NCBI GenBank assembly: GCA_051047955.1
Contig: JBPGPT010000004.1
Location: forward strand, 248,001-312,000
Direction: 5' to 3'
Length of the DNA stretch: 64,000 bases
DNA from: Cystobasidiomycetes sp. EMM_F5
Taxonomy: Eukaryota
The translations under genes and the position numbers were made by a program. Every line of letters begins with the position of its first letter. The stretch's first letter is position 1. The notes beneath the pieces were generated by a model, which had not been told where the DNA came from, searched no databases, and saw nothing but the letters and a program-made list of their open reading frames with translations. Positions 41,746-54,099 of this stretch are shown here, in pieces.

Positions 41746-42169
41746 AGAAGGATAAGCTGTTAGAACGCTGATACATGAAATGCGCACAATGAATTGTATC
41801 ATTTCTGGACACATAGTCTCATAAGCGACGAATCCGGCCTGACGCGATACTTCAACATTCTAATGCCATGTACAACAAGACTAGTAGCACAACAACTATT
41901 TACACTACCACCCAATACTCTACGCTCATTGAATACAGTGCAGATGCAAGGAAGATGATGTGATACGGTGAGGCTTTCACCAAGCAGATCCGCACATCCA
42001 GCAGATACCCCAAGCAGTCAGGCATGAGGCGTCGTCACGCCCATGCGATACTGTAAGTGCAGCAATAGTACACGCTACTTTACTCGTGCATGTCAATGAC
42101 AATGTCTTCTAATGCAAGCCTAGCCTGTCTGATGAACGTGCTTTTCGGGTGAAACTGGAATATACCATA

Positions 42170-43912
42170 TTAGCACTCGCGACTGACACTCGAGAGCCAG
42201 TGATACGCACGGTGATATGTCAAGTAGTTTGGCAGGCCGACTATCCGTGCTCCAACGAGTTGCTTCGCCATGACGCCGAAGCCTTCAGTTTCTACTTGAT
42301 GATCTTCTATCCACGCCGGGAAAACAGCGCCAAAGCGATGTACATACGATCTGACAAGAGTGCAAACACCGCCTACAGCATCCAGATCAAGTCTGGCTCC
42401 GATATATGCATCACTTTCTGGGTCATATAGATTTGATGGCCCTTCCTTGGACGCGTTGTATGGGTAAAGGGGAGAGAGGTAATCCCACGTCGACGAAGTG
42501 TTTGGCCGTACCCATTGCCGTGTGAGATGTTTGCGATAAGTGGGTAGCTTGTCTTCGTATCCTTCGTACAGGATTCTGTTGGTCGCAAGTTTGACCTTCA
42601 TTTCTAGTGATTCAGGAGTTTCCGCCCAACTGTATCACCAAACAACGCAAATGTCAGCCCTCTTGCGAAATGGGAGCTCGGAGCGATCAAAGACCAACCT
42701 GTTCATGTCGTACGTCTCGACAGTATTATGCTTCTTCACAACGACGTTTGGACAGATGACATCCGCCAAACGCTCTTTACTGCCTTTGGGCAGTTCAGGC
42801 GCAGGTGTGGTACCCGCATTGCCATAGTACATAAGGTCCGCGATGAGCGAGGGCGGAGCTTCGTCCAAGTCCGAATCTAGCCAGAGCACCCAGTCCACAG
42901 ACGGTTCGAGAGTAGCTGTTAACAACAGCGTCCGCGCTTTGGCCATACTTTGGCTGCGAAAGGTAACTCATCGTTAGAGTAGTCCACACCAGATAATGCA
43001 AGCCATCACATACCGACGCTGCCCTTGTACCCATTCCTCGTGTCTCGCCTCTCCTGGCGGCATGACCAGACCAATATTTTTGTTGAGTAGCGTAATCCGC
43101 CTATATTGGCGCTTCTTTGTCATTTCTTCCACCCACTCGTGCACGACTCTGCTCGTCTCATCCTCTTCATCCCCAATGAGGAACCCAAGTGACGTGTTTT
43201 CTTTCGGATGTTCCAACGATGCGATCAACTTCCAGAACCCTGGCAACGCGTGAACTGCATTCTTCAGAGGCGTCAATATGAGGATATGTTGTTCGTCTGG
43301 CGTCGTTGGATTACTATTTGGCGCTTCAAAATCGTGTATTTGTAGTGTGGTTGGGTAGCCTTGACCGGCTTTTGGCTTGGCCTGCTGCTTTGTCGTCGAG
43401 GCGGTCTCTCCGACTGTGCTGCTAAGCTCTATTTGCGGTCTGTTCCATCCCGCTTGTGCAATCTCGTACTGCGTATACACGGGCACGCGCATCCACGAGT
43501 GCGAGTCCATTCGAAACCATTCGTTTGCCCGGACAATCATCCAATCGTTGTTTTTGATGGTGAAGAGCATCTTCATGCCGTACACTGCGAAACCAACGAG
43601 TACGACTTGCGTCAACAGAAACGCCAGCCGTTTTATGCTCCATATTGAGCTTAGTTGTTGTTGAAAGTACTCTCGCGGCGGCAACTGCTGCATGAATAAC
43701 CGAGACGGCGAGGGCATGGAGGATGTTGACGATGAGAAGGACGAGGACCCGTTACTACTACTGCTGCTGCTGTTGTGGCTCTTTTCGCTGCTAAAGTCGG
43801 GCGAGCCCGACCTCCTTGGGGGACTTGTTGCTGGGGTCGAAACTCCACTGAGCGGCAAGTACTGCGACCGCCTCGATGACCCTACGAGCTTGTGCAGCTG
43901 GTTCATGGCCAT
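42170..43912 (-). CDS. GT62 (Anp1/Mnn9/Van1 family) mannosyltransferase, paralogue 1, two introns
   Basis: Type II TM; ILILTPLKNA, LGFLIGD, RHEEWVQGQRR|QSMAKARTLLL, WVLWLDSDL (DxD), DVICPN, YDMNS|W, LDAVGGVCTLVR..HRFGAVFP, HQVETEGFGVMAK, VGLPNY. Confidence 0.93.
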
Positions 43913-44356
43913 TGCCAGATTGTTGGGCCGCCTGCAGGCGGTACTGGGTATATGTTCAAGTTTGAAATCCTTTTATCGCCCGAGCTAGGCGCGGCGGTCT
44001 TTTAGGTCGGGTCTAGCTAGTGGCAGAGTGCGGTGATGCTCGACGGGCTGGCTGCCTCGTGTGCTTGCAAGTGCGCCGTATGCTGAGCTGCAACGCCGCG
44101 GTGTAGGCCGTTTGATTTGAGTGAGAGAGCCCACTGTACGCGAAATTCAGGCCGGGGCATGCCAAAACAAACGCGGAGACGTGAGAAAAACACGCGGAAA
44201 CCCGAGTGGAGCTTCATTCAAGCAGCAACGGACAGACAGCAGAGCATACAACTGAGCTGAAGAGTCTGGCAAGTAACATACGCTGAATTGGTTCACCAGC
44301 CATACTGACTTGCTACATCGATTGAGCCCTATGAGAAGTCAGCGTAGTGACAAGAA

Positions 44357-45473
44357 TTAGGTAGTCTTTTGAATCAGATCAGACGCTCTGCGATTAATAT
44401 ATAATTCCCGTCGGAGTCACCGTCAATATCGGTTCATGGCGACCCAGCAAGAATTCGTAGACTCACTCTCCCTTAGTGGCATCGGCGGATAGCTGGTCAG
44501 CTGCACCTGCAGCTTTGAGAAGCGTCTTTTGGTTATTGGTGGCTAGAACACAGAGGTACGCTACTTCAGTAACATTGGCAGGAGCTTCCCCCAACAAAGT
44601 ACATACCTGCTTGATCTCTGCTGGGACCGGTGGGGACGGTACTTCCAGGTGTGGTGCTATCACAACAAGATCCAATTAGGACTCTGTGATTGTTTACTGG
44701 AAAATGACGACAGCGGTAGCTGTGACTCACTCTTGCGCCGCGCCCGATGATCCATTCCCGGACTGGACATTTCCGTCACCAGAGCTGTTGCTCGCGATGC
44801 CGCCTGAAGAGTTGGTCGCACCAGACTGCTTGGCCTGATTAATGGCATCCGATGCGTCGCCCTTGGTCATTCCTGGACTGATTTGATCCCCGTGGCCGAG
44901 TCTGTTGAGGAACGCTTTCCTGCAATCAAGAATCCACATCAATACTTTTGTCGTAGGCCACGAATCCGATGAAGCTGCTTACTGATTGTTCGTGGCATTT
45001 TGCTGTGCGGATGGACCGCGTGGGATCGTGGAACCTGCAAAGTAAGGTGAGCTTCCGGCCTCGGCAACAATACTCGTTTCTTGCATAGAAACTCACCGGG
45101 ATTAGTATCCTGAGCAGCTCCAGTTCCTTGCTGGCCGGAACCACTATTGCTGCTAAGCCTATCCGAAATAACATCGGAAGCCTCTCCCTTGGAGGCATCT
45201 GCTGGCAGCTCCGAAGCTACATTGAGGCTGGTAAGAGAAGAGTTACGGCCGGCAACATGCATATTAGCGAACTTGAATTCTGCGTAATAAACATCGACGT
45301 ACTCTTGTGCAAACTGCTGCTGCTTGTTGGTCATTGGCTGATTGCGAGACGGTCCAGCTGGCTGACTGGTCCCAGGCTGGGTATCCGTGGCTGCATTGCG
45401 TACATCAGCCCTATGCTTAGTGATCGTTGCGACAGTCAAACTTACCAGCTCCTGAGGCATTTCGAGACGACAT
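44357..45473 (-). CDS. Small hydrophilic protein with three internal repeats (DUF3072-like core), 8 exons
   Basis: Seven canonical GT-AG introns give one open ~214-aa frame with 3 copies of GAAxDTxPGxxxPxGPSxxQxxTNxQ...(S/T)KG(E/D)ASDxI. Confidence 0.85.
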
Positions 45474-46792
45474 TCTGAGTGCTTGCGATGGGATGGAACG
45501 TGTAAGACCTTTGTAAGAGATGGTTCGGAAAGCGAGCATGAGTGGTTATGCGTGCAAGAATTCATATACTGCAGAAGAGTCGAAGGGGAAAGCTAGCAAA
45601 TGCAGATTTGACGACCGTGCATTTTCCTTCGAAGATTCCGAAAAACAATGATGCGTACTCGCCACCAACCGCCCTGGATCGCGTTTGCCTGTTCGTCATC
45701 GCCATCCAGGCAGTCATGATGCGAATCGCTACAGGTCGACCTCCGTGCTTTGCTCTTGACCCTCTTGTGAGTGTTCAAGTAAAACTTCTGAGAAATGCGT
45801 TTGTGACATTCTACCTTGAATACAGGAGTTGTTTGAGAAGAAGTACACGAGTCCGCAGGCCCTCGAGAGTAGCGGTATATTAGCGAGAGAGTGGCTCTAC
45901 GAGAAACAACGCATATCGCGCATGCCAGACGCCTCAGTTCTCCCACGCTGGCTGACAGACTCCTCAGGTTCTGTTTCGTGTTTCTCCGCTTTCCGCTGTC
46001 TTGCTAGCGCTGCCGGGCTTTCTCTGCTCCATGCTGTCTAGTAGTGGGTGTGAGCTGATAAAGTAGATCAGAGTGAGGGTCCCGGACACCCTTTTGTTCT
46101 TGCAGGCAGGTCCGACTTCTACAGCAATATGCATTCAGGCTCGTCTGCCAGAAGGGAGGTCGAGGTCGCAGTAGGTTGATGAGGAAGGGACAGGCTTGCA
46201 GGTGTTTAAAGACGTAACGTCAATCTCGTCGGGATTGTCTCTGCTTACCTTGAAAGGTGACTGTTGCTTCGGTAACATAAGTCTTGCGGCTCCCTGTCAC
46301 CGCTCTCATGGCAGGAAAACTCCGGTCTTCAAAGATCTGCATAACGTCTGGCGCGAAGGTAGTGAGATCATGTGCTGTTCTGATTGTTAGTCGGATTGGG
46401 CCGAAGCTTGTAAATGCAACGCAGCATACCAGGGTCCAAGTTGCAATTGACCGTGGACGTATTCGCAGTCCGAAGTGGCAGTAATTGTAAGCGAGAGAGA
46501 TGAGGGTCTTGGAAGAGAGAGCTGTGCAAATGTCGGCCAAGGTATGCGTTGAATGCAGCATACAGTTGTGCTCGCCATCCGGCGCGTTTTTCTTGCCATT
46601 TACGCGTGATGCGACCACGTCCTGCAGACGCAACATGCGTCGACAATTGCAATGGAGAATGTGCTTTGACACATCGACTCACTCGCCTAGGTTTCTCTCG
46701 TCATATGAGATATAACAACAAGATCCATACCGCGTTTATGCTACAGGGTTTTATTCGTATTACCCGTTTACCCTATGCACAGCGTCTCCAGC

Positions 46793-48520
46793 TCACTCGT
46801 CCTCTTTACGCATCTCGATATAGTAATTCGAAATACCTACGACCCGCGCTCCCACTTTCTCGCTCGAAAATTGCCCAAAAGACAACCGCCCGGCTGATTG
46901 CCCACGTTCTGTGTTGGCTCCTCCCGTATTCCAGCTGGGAAATGTTGCTCCAAAGAAATGCGCTTGCGCACGCACCAAGGCTACTGAGCCGCTCGCAGAA
47001 GACAAAGGAACGACGAAAGATGCGCGTTCGCTTTTTGCATTAGATCGAGTCGGCACCCAGTCTTCCGGGAGATCATGTTGGTCTGATGCTGTTTGACCTA
47101 GGATCCGCGTGTTCGGCAGAATGATATCTACTTGCGTTGTGTTGTGCAAGACTCCCGGCCTGAGAGAGTCTCGCGGCGTTATGTATCCTGCGAATGCTGC
47201 GCTCGCCTTGCTGCTGACTCCTTCTCCATTCTGATATTTGAGCAGATCGCGCAGTATACTGCTAGGTAGATTGTGCATGCTTGAATCGAGCCAAAATACC
47301 CAGTCTACGTCTGCCTCGAGCAGGCTCAGCACGAGGAACGTTCGCGCACGAGCAAGCAATGTGTTGTGCCTATCGTCGCCGTGGACATCCGCGTGCAGAG
47401 CGAGACTGCTGCTTGTGAGGAGCGATATTCTTTTATATCCATCATCTTTGACGTGTTCTAAAATGAAAGCCTTGATGACGTCTTCAGTCTCCCTCCTTGC
47501 TTCTGAGGCCGGATTGCCAACGAGGAGAAGCCCGATAGAGATGCTGTGTTTTGGATGGTCTAGATTGTACACTAATTCTAGGATACTTGATGCCCTTTCA
47601 GCCAAGTTGTGATCGTTTCGCTCGTGCACCAGCAGTGGCAAGAGAACTAGTACATGCTGTTGATTGATGCCGCGAGGATGTTCCATCGCTGCTTCAAAGT
47701 CGTATATTCGAAGGGGAGCGCCGTATTGACTAGGTGTGTGCACAGTCGGCTCATACCCTATGGAAGAGGGTATATTGTATAATTTATATATTGGTGGCCT
47801 CATTAGATGCTTCGAACGAGTTGTGCCAGATAGAAACATGCCAATCACAGCAAAGACGAGTATGGCGAGTCTCAGCAACTGTATCATACGTCTTGGGGTA
47901 AGACGACTACTGAAATATGCCCGCGCGTTCGGCAGAAGGATGTGGTCTCGCGGTCGAATTGGCGAATTGGATCTATGCGATGTAAGCAGCCGTTTGTCTG
48001 ACCCGTTGGGCAGATCGGAATGCCCGTTGATACTGCTTCGAGACTTGGTATCGGGATGATCCTGAGCTGGGTGTTTGTGCTTAGACGACGCTGTAGAATG
48101 GACACTCGTAGTAAAGTATCCATCTATCCGCTCCAGCAAGCGCTCGCTCGCTGTCAGAGCTGCAGGATATTTCTCCTTCGAAGGCGTTGATGGGACTTGA
48201 GACTCTGGCGTACCAGGTCTTGACCCGGGCGTCACGACGGGCAGAGGAAGTAACCCATCCTGACTATTGCTAGTGGTATGCGTTGCACGTTGACGTGTTT
48301 CGACAGGGGCCTCTTTGCAGACTGGAGAGGATATGGAAAAGGTAGGAAGGGCTCTGAGCTTGAGCGACGAAGACGGTGGTGTAGCCGAGCCTGTATAACC
48401 TCGTCTGCGGATGGCGGATGGGCTGAGAACATCGCCATTGCTGCTGCTCGTATCGCCTAGACCGTCGTGGTTTCCATTCTGCACGGATGGAACGACCCGC
48501 AGCTGGGGCACATCTGGCAT
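46793..48520 (-). CDS. Degenerate GT62-like protein, paralogue 2, intronless, DxD lost
   Basis: Same architecture (TM, MRPPIY, LRIYDFE, HVLVLLPL, NLDHPKHSISIGLL, LLARARTFL, DWVFWLDSS, DIILPN, ALVRAQAHFFGATFP, GARVVGISNY) but catalytic motifs altered; start codon uncertain (open frame extends to 48628). Confidence 0.82.
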   Translation of the reverse strand: MPDVPQLRVVPSVQNGNHDGLGDTSSSNGDVLSPSAIRRRGYTGSATPPSSSLKLRALPTFSISSPVCKEAPVETRQRATHTTSNSQDGLLPLPVVTPGSRPGTPESQVPSTPSKEKYPAALTASERLLERIDGYFTTSVHSTASSKHKHPAQDHPDTKSRSSINGHSDLPNGSDKRLLTSHRSNSPIRPRDHILLPNARAYFSSRLTPRRMIQLLRLAILVFAVIGMFLSGTTRSKHLMRPPIYKLYNIPSSIGYEPTVHTPSQYGAPLRIYDFEAAMEHPRGINQQHVLVLLPLLVHERNDHNLAERASSILELVYNLDHPKHSISIGLLLVGNPASEARRETEDVIKAFILEHVKDDGYKRISLLTSSSLALHADVHGDDRHNTLLARARTFLVLSLLEADVDWVFWLDSSMHNLPSSILRDLLKYQNGEGVSSKASAAFAGYITPRDSLRPGVLHNTTQVDIILPNTRILGQTASDQHDLPEDWVPTRSNAKSERASFVVPLSSASGSVALVRAQAHFFGATFPSWNTGGANTERGQSAGRLSFGQFSSEKVGARVVGISNYYIEMRKEDE

Positions 48521-49264
48521 ACTTGACCGGGGCTCAGGTTTTGCATATACGGCATCAGCATCGACCTGTAGCAGTTGTGTGCATAGGCGAGCAGTGCAAA
48601 CCAGCCTTTTTGATACCTTGTAAATCAATCGATTGGCAAGTTCGCTTCCCGCATAACATCGACACTGAATTGACTAGGCTTTCCTTTGATTTCCTTCATA
48701 GACTAAATGCATTATAACGACGTATAGATGAAACGTATCGGGTACGACAACGACCCAATTCAGGATTTGTACAGCCGCACAACGAAGAATGGCATTTGAC
48801 TGTCCGTTGGTTTGGGAAGAAAGCAAGGCGAAGGGGAGTGTATCCCATGCGAGGGTGGAGGAAGGTTGCATAATTGCGAAGAAGATTACTGCATGCCGTG
48901 CAAGATACGTATTGCCGTCTGTCTCTTGATATGCTCGTTGCGCATGAATTACTGAAATGCAGCATTGTCCCTCTTTTCGTGTTTTTCAGAGTCTGCTCAA
49001 TCGCAGCTCAGCATTGGTGCGATTGCTGTTTGCAGGGTGACAAGACCTTTGCCAGGGGAGAGGAGGAGTAAGTCATATGCCTCCACCACTCGACAAGTAT
49101 GCAATTTTGAAGCTCATTTTGTAGCTCGACCGGTCCATGCGTCTTGATCGGAGCTGTCTATAGCACACTGGTAGTGCGGTCGCAATACGTGTACACGGTC
49201 GTTATGCTGTTGGCGCTATTTGCGTTCTCGCGTAAGCCTGGACGTGCATAGCCACGGTAGTCGA

Positions 49265-51701
49265 CTACCAAGGTGTTCCATCTTCGAGTTTTACTGTTCC
49301 GGGTAACCTAGATGGCCAATCCTTGGAGTGGTGAAAGACGAGATAATTTGGTAGTCCGACCATTCTCGCTCCGAGCTGCTTTGCCATTATTCCAAAGCCC
49401 TCCGTTTCAACTTGATGATCTTCTGTCCAGCTCGGAAAGACTGCTCCGAATCTATGCACCCAGCCCCTTACGAGTGTTGCTACACCACCAACACCGTCGA
49501 GTTCCATCAGCCGCCCAATATAGGCTTCGCTATCGGGGTCATGTAATGACGATGGACCTTCAATAGCCGCGCAGTAAGGATATCGCGGATTGCTGTCGTC
49601 CCATGATGAGCTGATATTTGGCTTGATCCACGATCGCGCAAGGAGCGTGCGATACGTTGGACGCGCTCTGTTACCTTCCCACAGCACTCGATCTTTGGGT
49701 AATTTTGCCTTCATCTTTAGCGATTTTGGCGTTTCAGACCAGCTGAAACAGCGGCATTCCGTTAGTGTCAATTTCCATCAAACTGCTACAAGAGACATGA
49801 ACGCACTTGTTGAGATCATAACCCTGTAATCTCCCGGCACCTTTTCTTCGCATGATGTTTGGGGTAATGACATCGGCGTACGGTTCTCTATCTTCTTCGT
49901 TGAGGAGGATGTTGTCGTTGGCAGGATGCACGCCCGCGTTGCCGTAATATAGCAAATCCGAGATGAGCGTCCGCGGTACCTCGGAAAGATCAGAGTCGAG
50001 CCAGAGAACCCAGTCGACTGTCGGCTCCAGTGTAGCTGTTAGGAGGAGGGTACGAGCTTTTGCAAGCAGTTCTCTAGAATTATTGTTCAAGAAAGGCAGT
50101 CAGTACTTTCCTCCCTCTGTATCGACAATCGCCGAACTGCGATTTCGCTATAGCTCCGATCGATCTCGCTCGCTTGCTCACCTCCTCTGTGCTTGCAACC
50201 AATGTTTGTGGCGATCCTCTCCACTCGGATGAGGTAGTCCAAAGTCACGTTTGAGCAGAGTAATCTTTCTATAATCCCCCTTCTTTTCCTGATCGACACA
50301 CCAGTCGTTGACCATGCTGCCCGTCTCGTCCTCTTCATCGCCTACGAGCAACCCAATCGATAGGTTTTCCTTGGGATGATCTAGATTTTCCACCAACGCA
50401 AAGAAGTGGTGCAGTACCTCTTGCGCGTTTTTGAGAGGTGTCAGGATGAGGATATGCAAGTCCTGTACACGCTTTACCCCGTTGTTGAGGTGGTGTCTAT
50501 CAAAATCAAAGACCTGAAGTGATGTAGATCCAGAAGATTGATTGACCGATTCGGATAAAGTGTATAAAGTCGTATTTTTCGTTTGCGGTCGAGAGACGGC
50601 TGGAATGGTCGTTCCTTGTGATGCAGGTCGGGTGTTTATTCTAGTGGTGGGAGTAGAATCGGACGACGAAGGGTCATCGTAAATATCTGCCGCTTTCGCC
50701 TGTCGTTCCTCTTCGTCCTCTTCTTCGTCGTCGTCGTTCAGGACGTATGGTGGACTCTGTCTATCCTGCTGTATTTGGTATACTGGCTGAACGGTGCCAG
50801 TCTTTACCCCATGAAGAGGCTTGACCCTCCCCGACTGCGCATGGGCGTGCGAATTTGGCGAGATGAGAACCGGTCTGTCCCACCCAGCTTCTTGAATCTC
50901 ATACTGCGAATAGACGGGTATGCGCATGTATATCCCACCAAACTTCATAATGACGAGCATGTACCCTCCGTAGATGGCGAGTGCAAATATCGCAGACTGG
51001 AGTAGCAGTGTCGTTATTCGCTTGGTGGCTGGCCACCACCCTGGTCGTTTGGAGGACGTGGGGGAGAGTGGGTGTGAGGGACACGAGGAGGAGGAAGAGG
51101 ACGAGTGCGATAGTATACGCTTGCCGTGAGCATGAATATTGGAGGGGTTGTAGGATGTCGCCAGGGTGATGAGGTCCTTGACTGACGGCGGTAGTTGGGC
51201 ATAGCTCATGCTAGGCGGGTCTTTGGACGACGGGAGTAGTGACGCGTAGCTGTTGCTATGGCTCATACTACTCGCTCCGTTGTAGTTGTTTTCGCTCGCA
51301 CCGCGTGGATGCCGGCGAGTGCGACTGTTTGATGAGGAGGATATGGACGACACGGACGACGCGACGGAGGGTACGCGACTTGACGTCGTCGTCGACGGTA
51401 TGTATGCGTCGTGGAGTGCGGCGGCTCTGACTGCGCCTGCCTCGTCGTACTCGCCAGCCAGGGTGAGTTCGGATGAGCTTCGAGGACTGCGGGATGAGCT
51501 GGCGACCGACGACGACGACGAGGCGTACGACGAGTAGGTGGGCGGTCCACCACCTGGACCACCCCCACTACCACCGATACTGGATCCCATCTGGCTGCTA
51601 TGGCTCATTGCCCTCTCCCTCTCTTCCCGTGTTATGGGCAGGTAGTTTGCCCCGTGCCCCGAGCGACGCTTGTCCTTTGACGCCCATCTGAACTGGACCA
51701 T
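49265..51701 (-). CDS. GT62 (Anp1/Mnn9/Van1 family) mannosyltransferase, paralogue 3, two introns
   Basis: ILILTPLKNA, RHKHWLQAQRR|ELLAKARTLLL, WVLWLDSDL, DVITPN, YDLNN|W, LDGVGGVATLVR, HQVETEGFGIMAK, VGLPNY. Confidence 0.93.
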
Positions 51702-52565
51702 GGTGTGTGTGGATGTACCGTAGTTGGCACAGTTGTGCTCGTCTCGTCTCCCCTCGAGGCTGTCCTGTTGGCCGCTGATGCGCTATCTGCCCTTCCCCTT
51801 CCCAATAAGGGGAGGCCGGGTGGTGTCCTTTGGGAGGCTTGCTGGGTTGTATACCTTGGAGTATGGAGTATAATGTCCTTTGTGTAGATGTGTCTTCACT
51901 CCATCCCTCTCCGCCAATCTACGCGTTGATTTGGAAAAAGAAGTCCCTCTCCCTCCCCGGCCAAGCAAATTATTTTATTTTGATTTGAAAAATTACAAGT
52001 CGCAGCAGCAGTCTTGCACAGCTTTTGGTGGCAAACCACTCAACGCGCGCGCAGTAAACATGCAACAGGGGCTGCATTCCAGAGGTCACTCGGGTAGTTG
52101 GTTGTTTCAAATGGGCGGTGCTGTTCCATCGTAATGACACAATAATATGATGTGACGCTGTCGTTGAATCCCCGGCGAATAGAATGTATTTATGCGATAC
52201 AATAGGTCGTGTTTCGTGGGTCACTCGTCCATCAGGATATCATGCCAATATCACCGTCGTACAAACAACACGTAGCGTGCATACAGAAAGGACAGAGTCA
52301 TTGGGTATTCTGACCAGTATACTCAATTCATCCTGGCTGTGCTCTCTGTGCCTGCATCCTGCATCAATCGAGATTCGTCTCTCAAAAGTCAGGGTGACTC
52401 TTCTTTGAGTGTGCATTCCTCTGCCTCTCTCGAGTTACTTCTACACCCTCTCTGCGGTGCTGTGCTCAAACTCCGCTACTGAGGTGTCCAAAACAAAGCA
52501 ACCTTTTAGAAGGAAGAAAGCGGGACACCACGCTATTACGCCACTGAGAAAGAAAGAGCTCCATC

Positions 52566-54099
52566 ATGCATCGCAGCGTGCTGTCGACAGTCTTGCTTGC
52601 GGGAAGCCTTGCACACACAGTACAAGCACAAGCTGGAGTGTACTCTCTCCCCGGATCCACCACGACTCTGGTCTACACCGTCACCCAAAGTCGGTGGACA
52701 AGTTGTAGCGGTCATCGCACGTGCATCTTTTACATACTGACGCTGTGACTGTCCTGCTCTCATTCTTCTGCTTCTTTGACTCGCTCCATCCTGCTCTGGC
52801 CTTCCGCCTTCCGCTGTTGCGCTTTCGCTATACGCCACCTTCAAATTCCCCACGTCGCCCCGCCCAAAAGACACCAATGCCAGCGTGCTCGCTACAAAGT
52901 ATTTTCAATACCCTTACCTGCCGTACAAAGCAGACACAAACAATGGAGACAGAGGCCCGCAAGTCGGCTACAACCTATGCAATTCGACTACACTTGGCAG
53001 CGGCAGCTTGTGCCAGACGGCATGGCTCAACAGTTTGGATGACTTTTGTGTAAGCGGATAGCTCTTGAACACATTTCTTCAGTGGAAATTGGGTGCTGAG
53101 ATTGTGCCATCCTTCCTCCCCAGCTTTGGGGAGCTCAAAACCCAAACTCCGTTGTAGGAGACGTCGAAGGAGATATGGTTGCGTACTGCACCAAGCCCGA
53201 TCATGGCACTCGAGTCATACCACCAGGTGCCCTGACTGGCGTGCAGTTGTGAGTTCCTTACGTCATCCCCCTCAAGTCCTCTATTCTAAGTTTGTCGCGC
53301 TGGTAGTGTGCGCGCGCCAGGATACGTACAGGTTGTGGGATACATCGATCAGACGACGTTGAATCTTCAGGCCAATGATGCTGGCGGAGAGGAGGATCCT
53401 GTACGACAGCTTGGTCCGCCTATCAAAAGTCAACAATGCTAACGATCGTGTATGTAGCATGGCGCAGACAACCGAGGAAATCCCCTCGGAGGACTCGTCT
53501 TCTCGTCGGCCTTTGCTGGGAATGCTTCTGTCAATAGTACAGCCGCCATCAAGCAGGTTACCCAATGGAACATGTTTATTGGTAGGTGTCGTACAACGAG
53601 CGCGCCAGTCTTGTATTGCAGAGACCTAACGCGTGAAAGTGAAATTACAGGCAACGGCATCTTCTGCTTCAAGGCCTGCACCCCGGGTAATGGCACAGCT
53701 TACAATCTTTGCGACAACGTGTACGACGAGTGAGTCGAAGAATCGGACTTGTAAGGTTTGCACGGCGCTGATACATCATCGATGCCTGTGATGAACAGAA
53801 TTGGCTGCAACTACAACATGCCCGCCAATTACAATACTATTCCCAACTTCTTCCAGTCATGCTTGTCTGATGACCAGGACCGTGTGGGCGTATATACGTC
53901 CAATGGCCAGGTCATGACGTGGTACCAGTCACAGAACGGCGGTACGCCACCGTACTCTGTTCGCGTCCCGCCAAGCAGCAGCTGTACCCTCTTCTCTTCG
54001 TCCAGTCTGTATTCTCCTGCAGCGAGCTACTATTCTGGATCTGGCACCATCACATCGTCTGCCTCGCGGGCTACAAGGACTCCTGCTCCGACCATGTAG
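52566..54099 (+). CDS. Secreted MP88/macrophage-activating-glycoprotein-like basidiomycete protein, multi-exon
   Basis: Signal peptide; RGPQVGYNLCNSTT..CQTAWLNSLDDFC|LWG..GDVEGDMVAYCTKPDHGTRVIPPGALTGVQ..GGEEDP|HGADNRGNPLGGLVFS..FCFKAC..CDNVYD|IGCNYNMP; a short extra last exon to ~54204 is possible. Confidence 0.85.
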
